NCBI GenBank assembly: GCA_963790415.1
Contig: CAWBOK010000005.1
Coordinates: 75,223-139,222, forward strand
Source: an uncultured Actinomycetota bacterium
GTDB taxonomy: Bacteria > Actinomycetota > Thermoleophilia > RBG-16-64-13
Reading direction: 5' to 3'
Length of the DNA: 64,000 bases
The stretch's first letter is position 1; every line of letters starts with the position of its first letter. The notes beneath the pieces were generated by a model. That model had not been told where the DNA came from and did no database searches. It worked only from the letters and a program-made list of their open reading frames with translations. Positions 1-9,148 of this stretch are shown here, piece by piece. The position numbers were made by a program, and so were the translations under genes.

Positions 1-289
1 CCGGCCCCGGGTCATGCCGAACGCGCTCACGCGCGCCTCGCCCAGGTCCAACGACTCCATCCGCCGGAACAACTCGGCGTCCTTCGGGTTGCGACCCGGG
101 GAAACCGGCCTCGATGACATGGATGCCCAGCGATGCCAACCGCTTGGCGATGCGGATCTTCTCGTCGACAGACACGCTCATGCCCTCACGCTGCATGCCG
201 TCGCGCAGGGTGGTGTCGTAGAGGACGATGTCCCGGTGTTGCGGGCCGGGAGCAGGGAACGGCGCGCTGGTGTCCTTGGGCGACATCAT
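1..289 (-). CDS. cimA: Citramalate synthase / 2-isopropylmalate synthase family, 5' part (runs off the left edge); apparent +1 frameshift near 91
   Basis: Manual translation: YDTTLRDGMQREG...KIRIAKRLASLGIHVIEAGFPGS, then NPKDAELF...SAFGMTR after removing one base at 91. ATGA overlap with the ilvE stop. Confidence 0.85.
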   Translation of the reverse strand, partial: MMSPKDTSAPFPAPGPQHRDIVLYDTTLRDGMQREGMSVSVDEKIRIAKRLASLGIHVIEAGFPGSQPEGRRVVPADGVVGPGRGARERVRHDPGP

Positions 290-1161
290 GCCGGGTAGAC
301 CGCGGTCCCCGACCGGCCGGCGTGGGCACGGAACCGTTGGATCAGCTCGTGGGTGATCGGACCCGGCGTGCCATCACCGATGGGCCGCAGATCGACCTGC
401 ACCACCGGGGCCACCTCGGCGCCCGTGCCGGTGAGGAACGTCTCGTCGGCGGTGTAGACATCGTAGGGAGTGAAGAGACCCTCCTCCACGTCGACATCCA
501 TCTCGCGCGCCAGCCGCATCACCACCCCCCGGGTGACTCCCCGCAGAGCCCCGACCGCGAGAGACGGCGTCAGCAGGCGCCCGCTCTTGACCATGAAGAA
601 GTTGTCGGCGGTGCACTCGCATACGTAGCCATCCAGAGTGAGCATGAGTCCCTCGTGCGCCCCCGTGCCCCGAAGCTCGAGCGCGGCCATGATGTTGTTG
701 AGGTAGTTCAGGCTCTTGACCGCCGGGCTGACACACTGAGAACTGGTGCGCCGAGTCTGGCAGATCTTGACGGTGAGACCCGTCCGGTATACATCCTCCG
801 GGTACAGCTGGATGGTGGCGGCGATGATGATCACCGTCGGGGCGGCACACTTGGACGGGTTCAGACCCAGGTCGCCCTCGCCACGCGTGACCACCAACCT
901 GATGTAGGCGTCCCGCAGTTCGTTGCGCCGCACGGTCTCCAGGATGGCCGCAACCATCTCCCGGCGATCCAGCGGGATCGCGAGACCGATGACCTTCGCG
1001 GAGTCGTACAGCCGCTCGACGTGGGCGTCGAGTTCGAACACGCGTCCGTCGTAGGCCCGGATGCCTTCGAAGACACCGTCGCCGTAGAGCAGGCCGTGGT
1101 CGAACACGCTGACCTTGGCCAGCTCACGCGGGTAGTAGGCTCCGTCGATGTAGATCAGCAC
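286..1161 (-). CDS. ilvE: Branched-chain amino acid aminotransferase (PLP fold IV)
   Basis: DHGLLYGDGVFEGIRAY, VKSLNY, ECTADNFF, LRGVTR, TGTGAEV motifs; GAAGGAG RBS. Confidence 0.95.
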   Translation of the reverse strand: MLIYIDGAYYPRELAKVSVFDHGLLYGDGVFEGIRAYDGRVFELDAHVERLYDSAKVIGLAIPLDRREMVAAILETVRRNELRDAYIRLVVTRGEGDLGLNPSKCAAPTVIIIAATIQLYPEDVYRTGLTVKICQTRRTSSQCVSPAVKSLNYLNNIMAALELRGTGAHEGLMLTLDGYVCECTADNFFMVKSGRLLTPSLAVGALRGVTRGVVMRLAREMDVDVEEGLFTPYDVYTADETFLTGTGAEVAPVVQVDLRPIGDGTPGPITHELIQRFRAHAGRSGTAVYPA

Positions 1162-1201
1162 GTGCGCTCCTTCGTCCGAGTGCCCGCTGTGCAGTCGCAG
1201 A

Positions 1202-2287
1202 CTACCAGCCGGCTTCCTCGGTCACGGCCCCTTCGGCTACGTGACGTGCGACCAGGTCGCCCACGTCGCTGGTGCTCATGCCCATCTTGCCGGCTGCCAG
1301 CGACTCCATCTGGCCGATCGCGTGGATGATCCCGGCCTCCACCCAACGGGCGGCGTCCTTCTGGCCCAGATGGTCGAGCATCATCTGCAGCGAAGCGATG
1401 GCCGCGAGGGGGTTGATCACGTTCTGGCCGGCATACTTGGGCGCCGATCCCCCCATGGGCTCGAACATGGCCGTTCCCTCGGGGTTGATGTTGCCGCCCG
1501 CAGCGACGCCCAGGCCGCCCTGGATCATGGCCGCCAGGTCGGTGATGATGTCGCCGAACATGTTGTCGGTGACGATGACGTCGAACCACTCCGGGTTCTT
1601 GACGAACCACATGACGATGGCGTCGACGTGGGAGTAGTCGCGCGTGATGTTCGGGTAGTCGGCCTCGCCGACCTCGTTGAACGCCCGCCACCAGAGATCC
1701 CAGGCGTAGGTGAGCACGTTGGTCTTGCCACAGAGGGTCAGTTTGCCGTGACGGTCGGGCCGCGAGGCGTAGTCGTAGGCATACCGGATGCAGCGCTCGG
1801 CGCCCTTGCGGGTGTTCACGCTCTCCTGCACGGCGATCTCGTCCGGAGTGCCCTTCTTGAGGAAGCCCCCGGTGGAGCAATACAGCCCTTCCGTGTTCTC
1901 GCGCACCACCACGAAGTCGATGTCAGCCGGGCCCTTGTCCTTGATCGGCGTCTCCACACCGGGGAACAACTTGACCGGGCGCAGGTTGATGTAGAGGTCG
2001 AGGGCGAAGCGGGCCTTCAGCAGGATGCCCTGCTCGAGGATGCCCGGCTTGACGTCCGGGTGGCCGATCGCCCCCAGGAAGGTGGCATCGTAGCCGCGCA
2101 GCTCGTCGATGGCCGAGTCGGGAAGGGTCTCCCCCGTGCGCAGATAGCGTTCGGCCCCGAAATCGTAGCTGGTGAGGTCATAACTGAAGCCGGCGCGGGA
2201 GGCCGCCGCCTTCAGGACCTTGAGGCCCTCGTTCACCACTTCGGGACCGGTGCCGTCACCGGGTATCACAGCCAGGTCGTATCGCAT
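1202..2287 (-). CDS. leuB: 3-isopropylmalate dehydrogenase
   Basis: IPGDGTGPEV, NLRPVKL, RENTEGLY, TDNMFGDIITD, FEPMGGSAP; in an operon with ilvE and cimA. Confidence 0.93.
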   Translation of the reverse strand: MRYDLAVIPGDGTGPEVVNEGLKVLKAAASRAGFSYDLTSYDFGAERYLRTGETLPDSAIDELRGYDATFLGAIGHPDVKPGILEQGILLKARFALDLYINLRPVKLFPGVETPIKDKGPADIDFVVVRENTEGLYCSTGGFLKKGTPDEIAVQESVNTRKGAERCIRYAYDYASRPDRHGKLTLCGKTNVLTYAWDLWWRAFNEVGEADYPNITRDYSHVDAIVMWFVKNPEWFDVIVTDNMFGDIITDLAAMIQGGLGVAAGGNINPEGTAMFEPMGGSAPKYAGQNVINPLAAIASLQMMLDHLGQKDAARWVEAGIIHAIGQMESLAAGKMGMSTSDVGDLVARHVAEGAVTEEAGW

Positions 2288-2565
2288 CCTCACTCCTTGG
2301 GTCGGTTCGGCCCTATTGTAGCCCGGCCGGAGTCAGAGGGGGAAGCCGGATCCGCCTCTGGCGCTGTCCATCCGTGCCATGGCATCAACAATGAGGGGAG
2401 TAAGGTGACGCGTGCCGTGGTGGCGGCGTTGGTGATGGTCGCCCGCCCGGCGCAGTCGGTTGACGCCGCAGGCGAACTCGGACAGAAGCAGGAGCACGAG
2501 ACGAAGGTCCGACGCCTGGGGGGGACGCCGGACCCGAGTATGCCTGATCCTCCGTCAGTCGTGCG

Positions 2566-2943
2566 TCAGTCGCGGACCGGTTTCGCGACGATCAATCCAT
2601 ACAGGATGAAGAGATAGAGAACCATCATCATGATCGACCATATCGGATAGACCGGTATCCACATCATCTCGGAGATCGCGGCCAGGCCGACGAAGATGAC
2701 GCCGATGACGCGCCCCCATGTCTGCCCTGCAAGGACCGCCAAACCAGCGAACACGAGCAGGACGCCCACGATGAGCATCCACCAGGCTAGAGCACTGACA
2801 TCCACAAAGAAGTAGCCCGAAAAGCCCCGCACGACCCACTGGTCATTGAAGAGTCCGATGAAGCCGGTGATCGCCCTGAAGGCGCCGACCATTATCATGA
2901 GAAGCCCGCCGGCGGCGGCCCAACCGCTCCACCTGTCGTCCAT
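2566..2943 (-). CDS. Small 4-TM membrane protein (actinobacterial DUF7144-like)
   Basis: Hydrophobic ORF with the GW...G.W.R.V.V pattern and a YP.WS motif; AGGAGG RBS. Confidence 0.7.
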   Translation of the reverse strand: MDDRWSGWAAAGGLLMIMVGAFRAITGFIGLFNDQWVVRGFSGYFFVDVSALAWWMLIVGVLLVFAGLAVLAGQTWGRVIGVIFVGLAAISEMMWIPVYPIWSIMMMVLYLFILYGLIVAKPVRD

Positions 2944-3147
2944 CTCAACCTCCTAGTAACGTTTACGTGACTCGTCTGGCCCAAGCCGGCTCGCCATCTG
3001 CCGTTCGCGCCTCCTCCCTCCCCTGACGCGTGAGTCCGAGGTGATCGATCAGCCGGATCGTCGCCGTGGCGCGTGGCCGGCCATCGCGCCCTCAACGTCT
3101 CCTTAACCCGGGGGTTTCGACGCGAGGCTTCTTCCTCCTGCTCTTGC

Positions 3148-3696
3148 TCAGTCAGGAACCTGGAGCTGTGCGGCGATCCTTCTCACTGTGTTCGCGTTGC
3201 GCAGGGTGGCGGGCATGCCGACCGCCTTCTCGAGAAGCGCTCCGGAGAATCCGGATTGGGTGGTCCGCGTGCGGCACAACCAGTAGATCTCACGTCCGTG
3301 AACATGGAAATCGTTGACCGTGGACCGGAACGCCATGAGCGCGCGCTGCGCCTCGGCCTCGGGAGGGTCCGATAGGAATGCGATCGTCAGGGTGACACCA
3401 GGGGCGTCGAGTTCACCTGTCGGAAAGGGCCGACAATCCGCCACCGCCGCAAGCTGCGAGGGAGAGCGAACGAACGTGGCCACGTCGTATCCGAGCGCCT
3501 GCCGGAGATGGGTGGCGATCCGCGCTTCAAGTACGCGTGCGTCCTCCTTCGGGGCCCCGAAGATCACGTTGCCACTCGCGATGAAGGTCTCGGCGGATGC
3601 GAGCCCCAGCTCGGCGAAGAGCGTACGCAGGTGTTCCATCCGGACGGTGTGTCCGCCCACGTTGATGGCCCGTAGGAAAGCTATGTACGTACACAC
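3148..3696 (-). CDS. DUF1697 family protein
   Basis: YIAFLRAINVGGHTV.M and TFIASGNVIF signatures; TLRNANTV C-terminus. Confidence 0.85.
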   Translation of the reverse strand: MCTYIAFLRAINVGGHTVRMEHLRTLFAELGLASAETFIASGNVIFGAPKEDARVLEARIATHLRQALGYDVATFVRSPSQLAAVADCRPFPTGELDAPGVTLTIAFLSDPPEAEAQRALMAFRSTVNDFHVHGREIYWLCRTRTTQSGFSGALLEKAVGMPATLRNANTVRRIAAQLQVPD

Positions 3697-3742
3697 GAGA
3701 CGTGCGCGTGCTTCGCTTCGGCTACCTGCTCTCCCCTGTCGG

Positions 3743-4378
3743 TCACGAAGATGCGTCGTCCGGCATGCCGTCGAAGAATTCGACCACACCGGTCTCCAGC
3801 GAATACTCGGCGCCCACAACAAGGAACTCGTGCTCTTGGATCAACTGCTCGATCACCTCTGAGCCGTGTCGCAGATGGGCCGCGGAGGCGCGAATGTTGG
3901 CCCGTACGGCGTGCTGCACCAGAGCTCCGGGATCGTTCCTGAGTTCTGTCGCCAGCAGCGCTTCGACAGACGGACGCACCCGGTCGACGATGGACCGCAG
4001 ACCGCGTGATTGGTGCTCCCTGGGCCGCCTCAGCTCTTCGATCGTCGCCAGGATCGCGCCGCACTGGGAGTGACCCAGAACCACCACGAGCCGCGTGCCG
4101 AACTGCTCCACCGCAAACTCGACGCTGCCCACCTGAGAGGGGGCGACGATGTTTCCGGCAACACGGATGACGAACAAATCGCCCAGACCTTGATCGAAGA
4201 CGATCTCCACGGGCACCCGAGAGTCGGAGCATCCGAGGATTACGGCGAACGGCTCCTGGCCTGCCGCCAACTCGCCGCGGCGCGTTTGACTCGCGAAAGA
4301 GTCGCGGTCGCGAGTGTCCAGTGCGAAGCGGCGGTTGCCCTCTTGCAGGCGTTCGAGGGCTTTCCGTGGTGAGATCAT
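3743..4378 (-). CDS. Beta-class carbonic anhydrase
   Basis: LQEGNRRF, GCSDSRVP and GHSQCGA zinc-ligand motifs. Confidence 0.93.
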   Translation of the reverse strand: MISPRKALERLQEGNRRFALDTRDRDSFASQTRRGELAAGQEPFAVILGCSDSRVPVEIVFDQGLGDLFVIRVAGNIVAPSQVGSVEFAVEQFGTRLVVVLGHSQCGAILATIEELRRPREHQSRGLRSIVDRVRPSVEALLATELRNDPGALVQHAVRANIRASAAHLRHGSEVIEQLIQEHEFLVVGAEYSLETGVVEFFDGMPDDASS

Positions 4379-4476
4379 CGACGTCCCTCCGAGACGAGCG
4401 CGGTTGCCTATGTGCCGAGTGTCAGCCCCTCGTCGACCAACTTCAATACCCTGCCGTATCGAAGAGCAGCGACTCG

Positions 4477-4662
4477 TTACCGCCACGACACTGCGATGAT
4501 CAAGGCGGCGGACAGCCGACGCGCCGCCTGATCAAGGGCGGCTTTGGGCCACTCTACCACTTCGCTCTCGTCGCTGATGCACGCGCCATCCACGCCTTCC
4601 ATCCCAGCCGAAGAGGCGAGATAGACCGCTGACCGAGATGCTTGCGCCGCGCCTACGGTCAT
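4477..4662 (-). pseudogene. C-terminal remnant of a short-chain dehydrogenase
   Basis: AVYLASSAGMEGVDG...AALDQAARRL resembles the end of retinol-dehydrogenase-type SDRs; no Rossmann N-terminus. Confidence 0.45.
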
Positions 4663-4694
4663 CCGCCCACAGGAGCGCCACAGTTCGAGTCGCG

Positions 4695-5324
4695 CTATTC
4701 TTCGCGCGACCCCGATTGCTCGGCGAATGCGGCCGCCGCCAGCGTCGCGGCGTAGGTGCGCACACCAAGCGGCCACGACGCGGTGTGCTCCTCGAAGCGC
4801 TGCCGGTCGCAGGCGAACAACGCGCGAGTCGCTTCCTCGAAGCCGGACTCGTTGCCCGCGATGGCCGACATGAACCTGAAGGTCACCTCCTGCGAACGCC
4901 GCACGCGGTCACTGCCTTCATGTGCCCGCTGAGCCTGCTGAACGAGTTTGCGGAGCGCGACCGACGCGCCGCCCGGCTGAGCGTTGAGCCACTCCCAGTG
5001 TCGTGGCAGCAGGGTGACCTCACGGCCGACCACGCCCAGTTTGGGTCGTCCGGGCGCACGTGGCGCCGGCGCCGATTCGAGGCCTACTTCATCCGCCACG
5101 GCCTCGAGGATATCGGCGGGCAGACGCTGCAGTACGTCCTGCAGGGTGCCCCGCAAGTCCATCTCTACGGGCTCGGCCGTGGCGTCATCGAAAACCAGCA
5201 GGGTGCGCGTATCGCCTGAGTCGATGAGTGTCTTGCACGCCCGAGCGACTTCCCTCGGGGTTCCCGAGGCGATGTAATGGACACCGGCGAAGGCAGTGCA
5301 TGATTCGGATCGTCTGACGTTCAC
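4695..5324 (-). CDS. DUF2239 family protein
   Basis: LVFDDATAEPVEMDLRG and GRPKLGVVGREVTLLPRHWEWLNAQPGGASVALRKLV signatures; GTG start with GAGGAG RBS. Confidence 0.88.
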   Translation of the reverse strand: MNVRRSESCTAFAGVHYIASGTPREVARACKTLIDSGDTRTLLVFDDATAEPVEMDLRGTLQDVLQRLPADILEAVADEVGLESAPAPRAPGRPKLGVVGREVTLLPRHWEWLNAQPGGASVALRKLVQQAQRAHEGSDRVRRSQEVTFRFMSAIAGNESGFEEATRALFACDRQRFEEHTASWPLGVRTYAATLAAAAFAEQSGSREE

Positions 5325-5358
5325 TCGGCTCTCCTCAGCTTGACACCTGGACGGCATC

Positions 5359-5404
5359 ATTCTACCCTGGTAAAACTAGCGCGTCAATACTACCCGGGTA
5401 AAAC
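5359..5404 (-). promoter_or_regulatory. Sigma70 promoter TTGACG-N17-TAGAAT with two TACCC(T/G)GGTAAAAC operator copies
   Basis: -35 at 5382-5387, -10 at 5359-5364; repeats at 5363-5376 and 5391-5404, the latter containing the palindrome TACCCGGGTA. Confidence 0.75.
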
Positions 5405-5418
5405 AAGCCGCCAGGCGC

Positions 5419-6258
5419 TTACGCCGGAACCAAGTTGAAGACCGCAACCTCCGGCCTCGCGTCGAATCGCAGGTGAACGAGATACCCCACCCCGCGACTG
5501 ATGTACATGGTCCGCCCGCCGCTCAGCAAGAACTCGCCGGACGTGTAGCGTCGATTCTCCACATTCAGCACCGGGGGCGGCAGGAACGGCACGCGGCACT
5601 GGCCTCCGTGCGTGTGTCCGGACAGGATCCAGCCCGTGAAACGCTCCCAACCCGGTAGGTCTACCGTGTCCGGGTTGTGGCTCAGGGCGAGCATGGGAGC
5701 AGCCGGGTCGTTGCCGGCGAGTGCCTGGGACGGTTGGAACCGTTCCGCCCAGAGGTCATCCATCCCGACGATCTCGAGCCCAGAAACGTCGATTCGCTCG
5801 TTCCTGAGTACGCGAACCCCCAGGGCAGTCAGAGTCTCCGCCAAACGGTCGGCATTGCCACCATCCGCCCAGCCGCGTCCGTAGTCATGGTTGCCCAACA
5901 CCGCGACGGTTGCCAGCCGGCCGTGCGGCAGATCAGCGTAGACCGCGCCTGCATGCGCGATGACATCCGGGTGGTAGCTGGTCAGGTCGCCGGTCAAGCA
6001 CACTATGTCGGGGTCGAGTGCGGCGACGCGGCGGAATGTGTCGAGGACGTAGTCGTCGGAGACCCGGGGGCCGACATGTACGTCCGAGAGTTGCACCAAA
6101 GTGGCCCCCGCAAGGGACGCGGGAAGTCCCAAGATAGGCATTTCCCGGCGGACGACCTCCAGCCAGTGGGGTTCCACCTGCCAGGCGTACATGCCCACCG
6201 TCGCAGTCGTAGCGGTGAGAGCGAGCGAGGCCTTCAGGAACTCACGGCGGGTCAGCAT
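5419..6258 (-). CDS. Metallophosphoesterase (YkuE-like) with Tat-like N-terminus
   Basis: LTRREFLK start; QLSDVH, TGD, GNHD, SHNPD and SGHTHGGQ motifs. Confidence 0.92.
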   Translation of the reverse strand: MLTRREFLKASLALTATTATVGMYAWQVEPHWLEVVRREMPILGLPASLAGATLVQLSDVHVGPRVSDDYVLDTFRRVAALDPDIVCLTGDLTSYHPDVIAHAGAVYADLPHGRLATVAVLGNHDYGRGWADGGNADRLAETLTALGVRVLRNERIDVSGLEIVGMDDLWAERFQPSQALAGNDPAAPMLALSHNPDTVDLPGWERFTGWILSGHTHGGQCRVPFLPPPVLNVENRRYTSGEFLLSGGRTMYISRGVGYLVHLRFDARPEVAVFNLVPA

Positions 6259-7055
6259 GCGCTTTCGTTTCTCCGCTGCATGCCGTTGCCGGCCTTCCTC
6301 AGATGGTAATGCAGCCTGACGCGCCCCGTCGGCTCGGCATCCACCGACACAAGCTTCAGCCGCGCGGGCCACTCCTCCGGCCCGAGGTCCGGCGAGCGGA
6401 ACAGAGTCGGCGTCTCCGAACCACCGATGAGCGCCGGCAGCAAGACTAGGCTGAGTTCATCCACAAGTCCCGCACGCAGCAGGGCGCCGTTGAGGCGGCT
6501 TCCCGCCGTGCAGACCACCCGCTCGACGCCAAGCACCGCCGTCAACCTGCGCATGGCGTCGACCAGATCCACGTGACGGCGACCGGCCATAAGGTACGGG
6601 ATCTCCCGACGTCTCAAGAACGCGAGGTACTCGGATGGCGAGGCGTCGCAGACGAGGTGGAGCGTGTGCCACCCCTCCCAGCCCGGGAACTCCTTCATCC
6701 CGGATCGAAGCCGTCCGCGACCGTCCACCACCGCGAACCAACCGCGATGCCCCGGTCTGCGGATCACCTCCTCCGGCAGGTAGTCTTCGTGCAGTTCCCT
6801 GAGCGGATACTCCGACGGGGGAAGAGGCTGAAGCTCCTCTCCCTCTCTGACGAACGATCCGCTGCCTTCGAGCAGCACGTGCGGGTTGTAGAGGGCTATC
6901 AGATCGCGGACGCTACCTTCGAGACTCGTGTCGGACGCCCAGATCGCCAGCCATCTCTCGTCGCCGACGTCGTCGAACCCGGTTCGATCGGGACCCAGCG
7001 ACACCCGCCCGTCGACCGAAGCGACGGTGTGGATGATGACATGTGGTCTCTTCAC
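6252..7055 (-). CDS. RibD C-terminal / dihydrofolate reductase family protein
   Basis: ASVDGRV; GSRLNGALLRAGLVDELSLVLLPALIGG. Confidence 0.85.
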   Translation of the reverse strand: MKRPHVIIHTVASVDGRVSLGPDRTGFDDVGDERWLAIWASDTSLEGSVRDLIALYNPHVLLEGSGSFVREGEELQPLPPSEYPLRELHEDYLPEEVIRRPGHRGWFAVVDGRGRLRSGMKEFPGWEGWHTLHLVCDASPSEYLAFLRRREIPYLMAGRRHVDLVDAMRRLTAVLGVERVVCTAGSRLNGALLRAGLVDELSLVLLPALIGGSETPTLFRSPDLGPEEWPARLKLVSVDAEPTGRVRLHYHLRKAGNGMQRRNESAC

Positions 7056-7130
7056 TCCGCACCTCCGATATACAGGCCGCGGTTCATGCCACCGGGCGCG
7101 ACCATCGTCGCACAGAGGGGCACGCAGCCA

Positions 7131-7288
7131 CTACTGCACATGCGTGGGATCGGCCAGGCGAAGAGTCTGATCTGCCGATCGGTCTTCACGAAGCCGGTGC
7201 GCCGATACACCGTCTGAGCGACGGCGTTCTCGTGACCTACCTCCACGGTCATGGCGCGTATCCCGAGTTGGGCGCAGAACAGGTCAAC
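7131..7288 (-). pseudogene. C-terminal remnant of a GNAT acetyltransferase
   Basis: LGIRAMTVEVGHENAVAQTVYRRTGF motif B; begins abruptly at the stop of the upstream gene. Confidence 0.65.
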
Positions 7289-7754
7289 CTACGCCCCTGC
7301 GCATCGCCGCGCCCATCGCACCCAGCAGCAGAACCGTGGTCGCCACGGTGACGAGCCACAGCTGCCGGTTCAAGCGGTACATGGGCAGCCCCATGAAGAG
7401 GATCGCGCCGAAGAAGAGACCCAGATACGGCACGAGGACCTCGTACCGTATGGGGACACGGAACTCGACCGGCCAGGCATAGTCCACCACGACCATGAGG
7501 CCTACGAACGCGAGGAACAGGATCGGACCGACCCAGTTCAGCCGGCCGGCGCCTGCGCGGACGAACGCGACAAGGGCCATGGTCGACGGGACCGCGAGAG
7601 CGATTATCGCATAGCCGAGGCGTTGATTGACCGCCATGCTCCCGGTGGGTAGCCGAGAAAGGAATCCCGCGGCCTGCAGCACATTGACGGCGTTCACCAC
7701 CCCCCACACGGTGAGCGCCGCCCACCACGGCTCGAACCCCGACTGGTTCTGCAT
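7284..7754 (-). CDS. Hypothetical integral membrane protein
   Basis: 156 aa with 4-5 hydrophobic segments. Confidence 0.7.
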   Translation of the reverse strand: MQNQSGFEPWWAALTVWGVVNAVNVLQAAGFLSRLPTGSMAVNQRLGYAIIALAVPSTMALVAFVRAGAGRLNWVGPILFLAFVGLMVVVDYAWPVEFRVPIRYEVLVPYLGLFFGAILFMGLPMYRLNRQLWLVTVATTVLLLGAMGAAMRRGVG

Positions 7755-7763
7755 ACGTAGTGC

Positions 7764-7867
7764 TCAGTCCGGCTCGTCGAAGAAGTCGTTGTCGACCCGC
7801 GAGATACTCAAGACCCTCGTGACGCTCACGCCCACGCCATGAAGGACTCGAAACTCGGCACGGCCAT
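7764..7867 (-). pseudogene. mrr: Internally deleted Mrr-type restriction endonuclease gene (104 bp)
   Basis: MAVPSFESFM (Mrr N-terminus) joined out of frame to HGVGVSVTRVLSISRVDNDFFDEPD* (Mrr C-terminus) at a shared CATG. Confidence 0.65.
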
Positions 7868-7920
7868 GTGCGGATCCTCTCATTCGACCTGATCGCGAAT
7901 CCAGTCTATCGGAGGGAACG

Positions 7921-8958
7921 TCAACAGCGCCAGTCCAGGCTTCCGAGACCGGTGAGTCGGCCCGCGGCCTTGAGCACGACCAGGACGTCGGCGGTAACCC
8001 ATTCGTTCAGCCGCCCGCGCCCAACAGGGCCCCAGTCCACCAGGTCGCGGCCGCCGGCCGCAGCGGACGACGTCCGGTAGAAGCGCTCTTGGGCCGCCCA
8101 GCCGCCGTCGGGCAGACGCTTCGACTCCAGCAGGTCAAGTGCGTCCGCGCACCTCGGGTCGCCGACGAGACCCGCCTCGGTCATCACCTTCAGCGCAAAC
8201 AGGACGTCGTACCGCCAGTAGCAGGGGTAGTGCAGCCGCGTGAACTGAGGATTCATCGGGCCGCCATCCGCCAATCGGCGATAGAGACGTCTCTGGAGGA
8301 AGACCTCCGCCGCCCGGCGCGACGCGGCACGGGAGTCGGGATTCCCCGTCTCCGCCGCGTACCGGGCGAGGGCCCGCAGAGGGATGAGGCTCTCCCAGAA
8401 CGACGAGCGAACGGCTTCCGGGCGGCGGTCGCAGTTCCAGCCGCCGTCATCCCACTGCCACCTCAGCAGGCAGTCGGCCAGCCGCTCGGTGCGCTCGTCG
8501 GCGAAGCCCAGCGCCAACGCGGCGAACAGGGCGTTGCCCTGCTGCGAGGCGCAGCGCCGCGCCCGTCCGTCCATGATCGGCACGCCACGATCTCGCCGGG
8601 GCGGCGGCGCTTCCTCGCACACCCACTCCAGAAGACCCTCGGGCCGAAGCCACCAGTCCACCACCTGGTCGACAGCCGGTCGCAGCGAACTGTCGCCGGG
8701 CGGGTAGCCGATGTCCGCCAGACTGGCCAGGACCCAGTGTGCGCCGATCCACTTCTTATAGACCTGCCCTACAGGCGCGATACGGCCGTCGGGGCTGCGG
8801 TTCGACAGCAGCAGTGCAACGCGAGGTGATTTCTTGATCGTGCGACGAAGGGCCGCGATCGAAGGCGACTCAGCGTCTTCACCCAGGACCCCTACCCGGA
8901 TCTTGTACCTAACGGACGGTTCGTCCGATTCAAGAAGCCTGGGGATCATCTCATCCAT
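7921..8958 (-). CDS. Prenyltransferase/squalene-oxidase-repeat-like (alpha/alpha barrel) protein
   Basis: QWDDGGWNCD, FTRLHYPCYWRYDVL and KRLPDGGW repeats. Confidence 0.7.
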   Translation of the reverse strand: MDEMIPRLLESDEPSVRYKIRVGVLGEDAESPSIAALRRTIKKSPRVALLLSNRSPDGRIAPVGQVYKKWIGAHWVLASLADIGYPPGDSSLRPAVDQVVDWWLRPEGLLEWVCEEAPPPRRDRGVPIMDGRARRCASQQGNALFAALALGFADERTERLADCLLRWQWDDGGWNCDRRPEAVRSSFWESLIPLRALARYAAETGNPDSRAASRRAAEVFLQRRLYRRLADGGPMNPQFTRLHYPCYWRYDVLFALKVMTEAGLVGDPRCADALDLLESKRLPDGGWAAQERFYRTSSAAAGGRDLVDWGPVGRGRLNEWVTADVLVVLKAAGRLTGLGSLDWRC

Positions 8959-9148
8959 GGTGCCTCAGCTATCGCCGACGCCCGGCCCTCGGTTGCGGGG
9001 CAGCGCCATGTGCCCTGGTTCGATTGTCACGATCACCTCCCCGTGATCTCATCCTAGCACCAGAGACTCTCGCTGGATGCGCTCGTTCGGTTCGCGCATG
9101 CGACATGCGGATGCGGCAACAGCGCCGAACTGCTATGGTCGCGGCAAG

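Noticed and set aside
4435-4482. CGGTAAC...GTTGGTC as an attC
   Set aside because: Only 48 bp with weak internal pairing; at most a remnant, not supportable.
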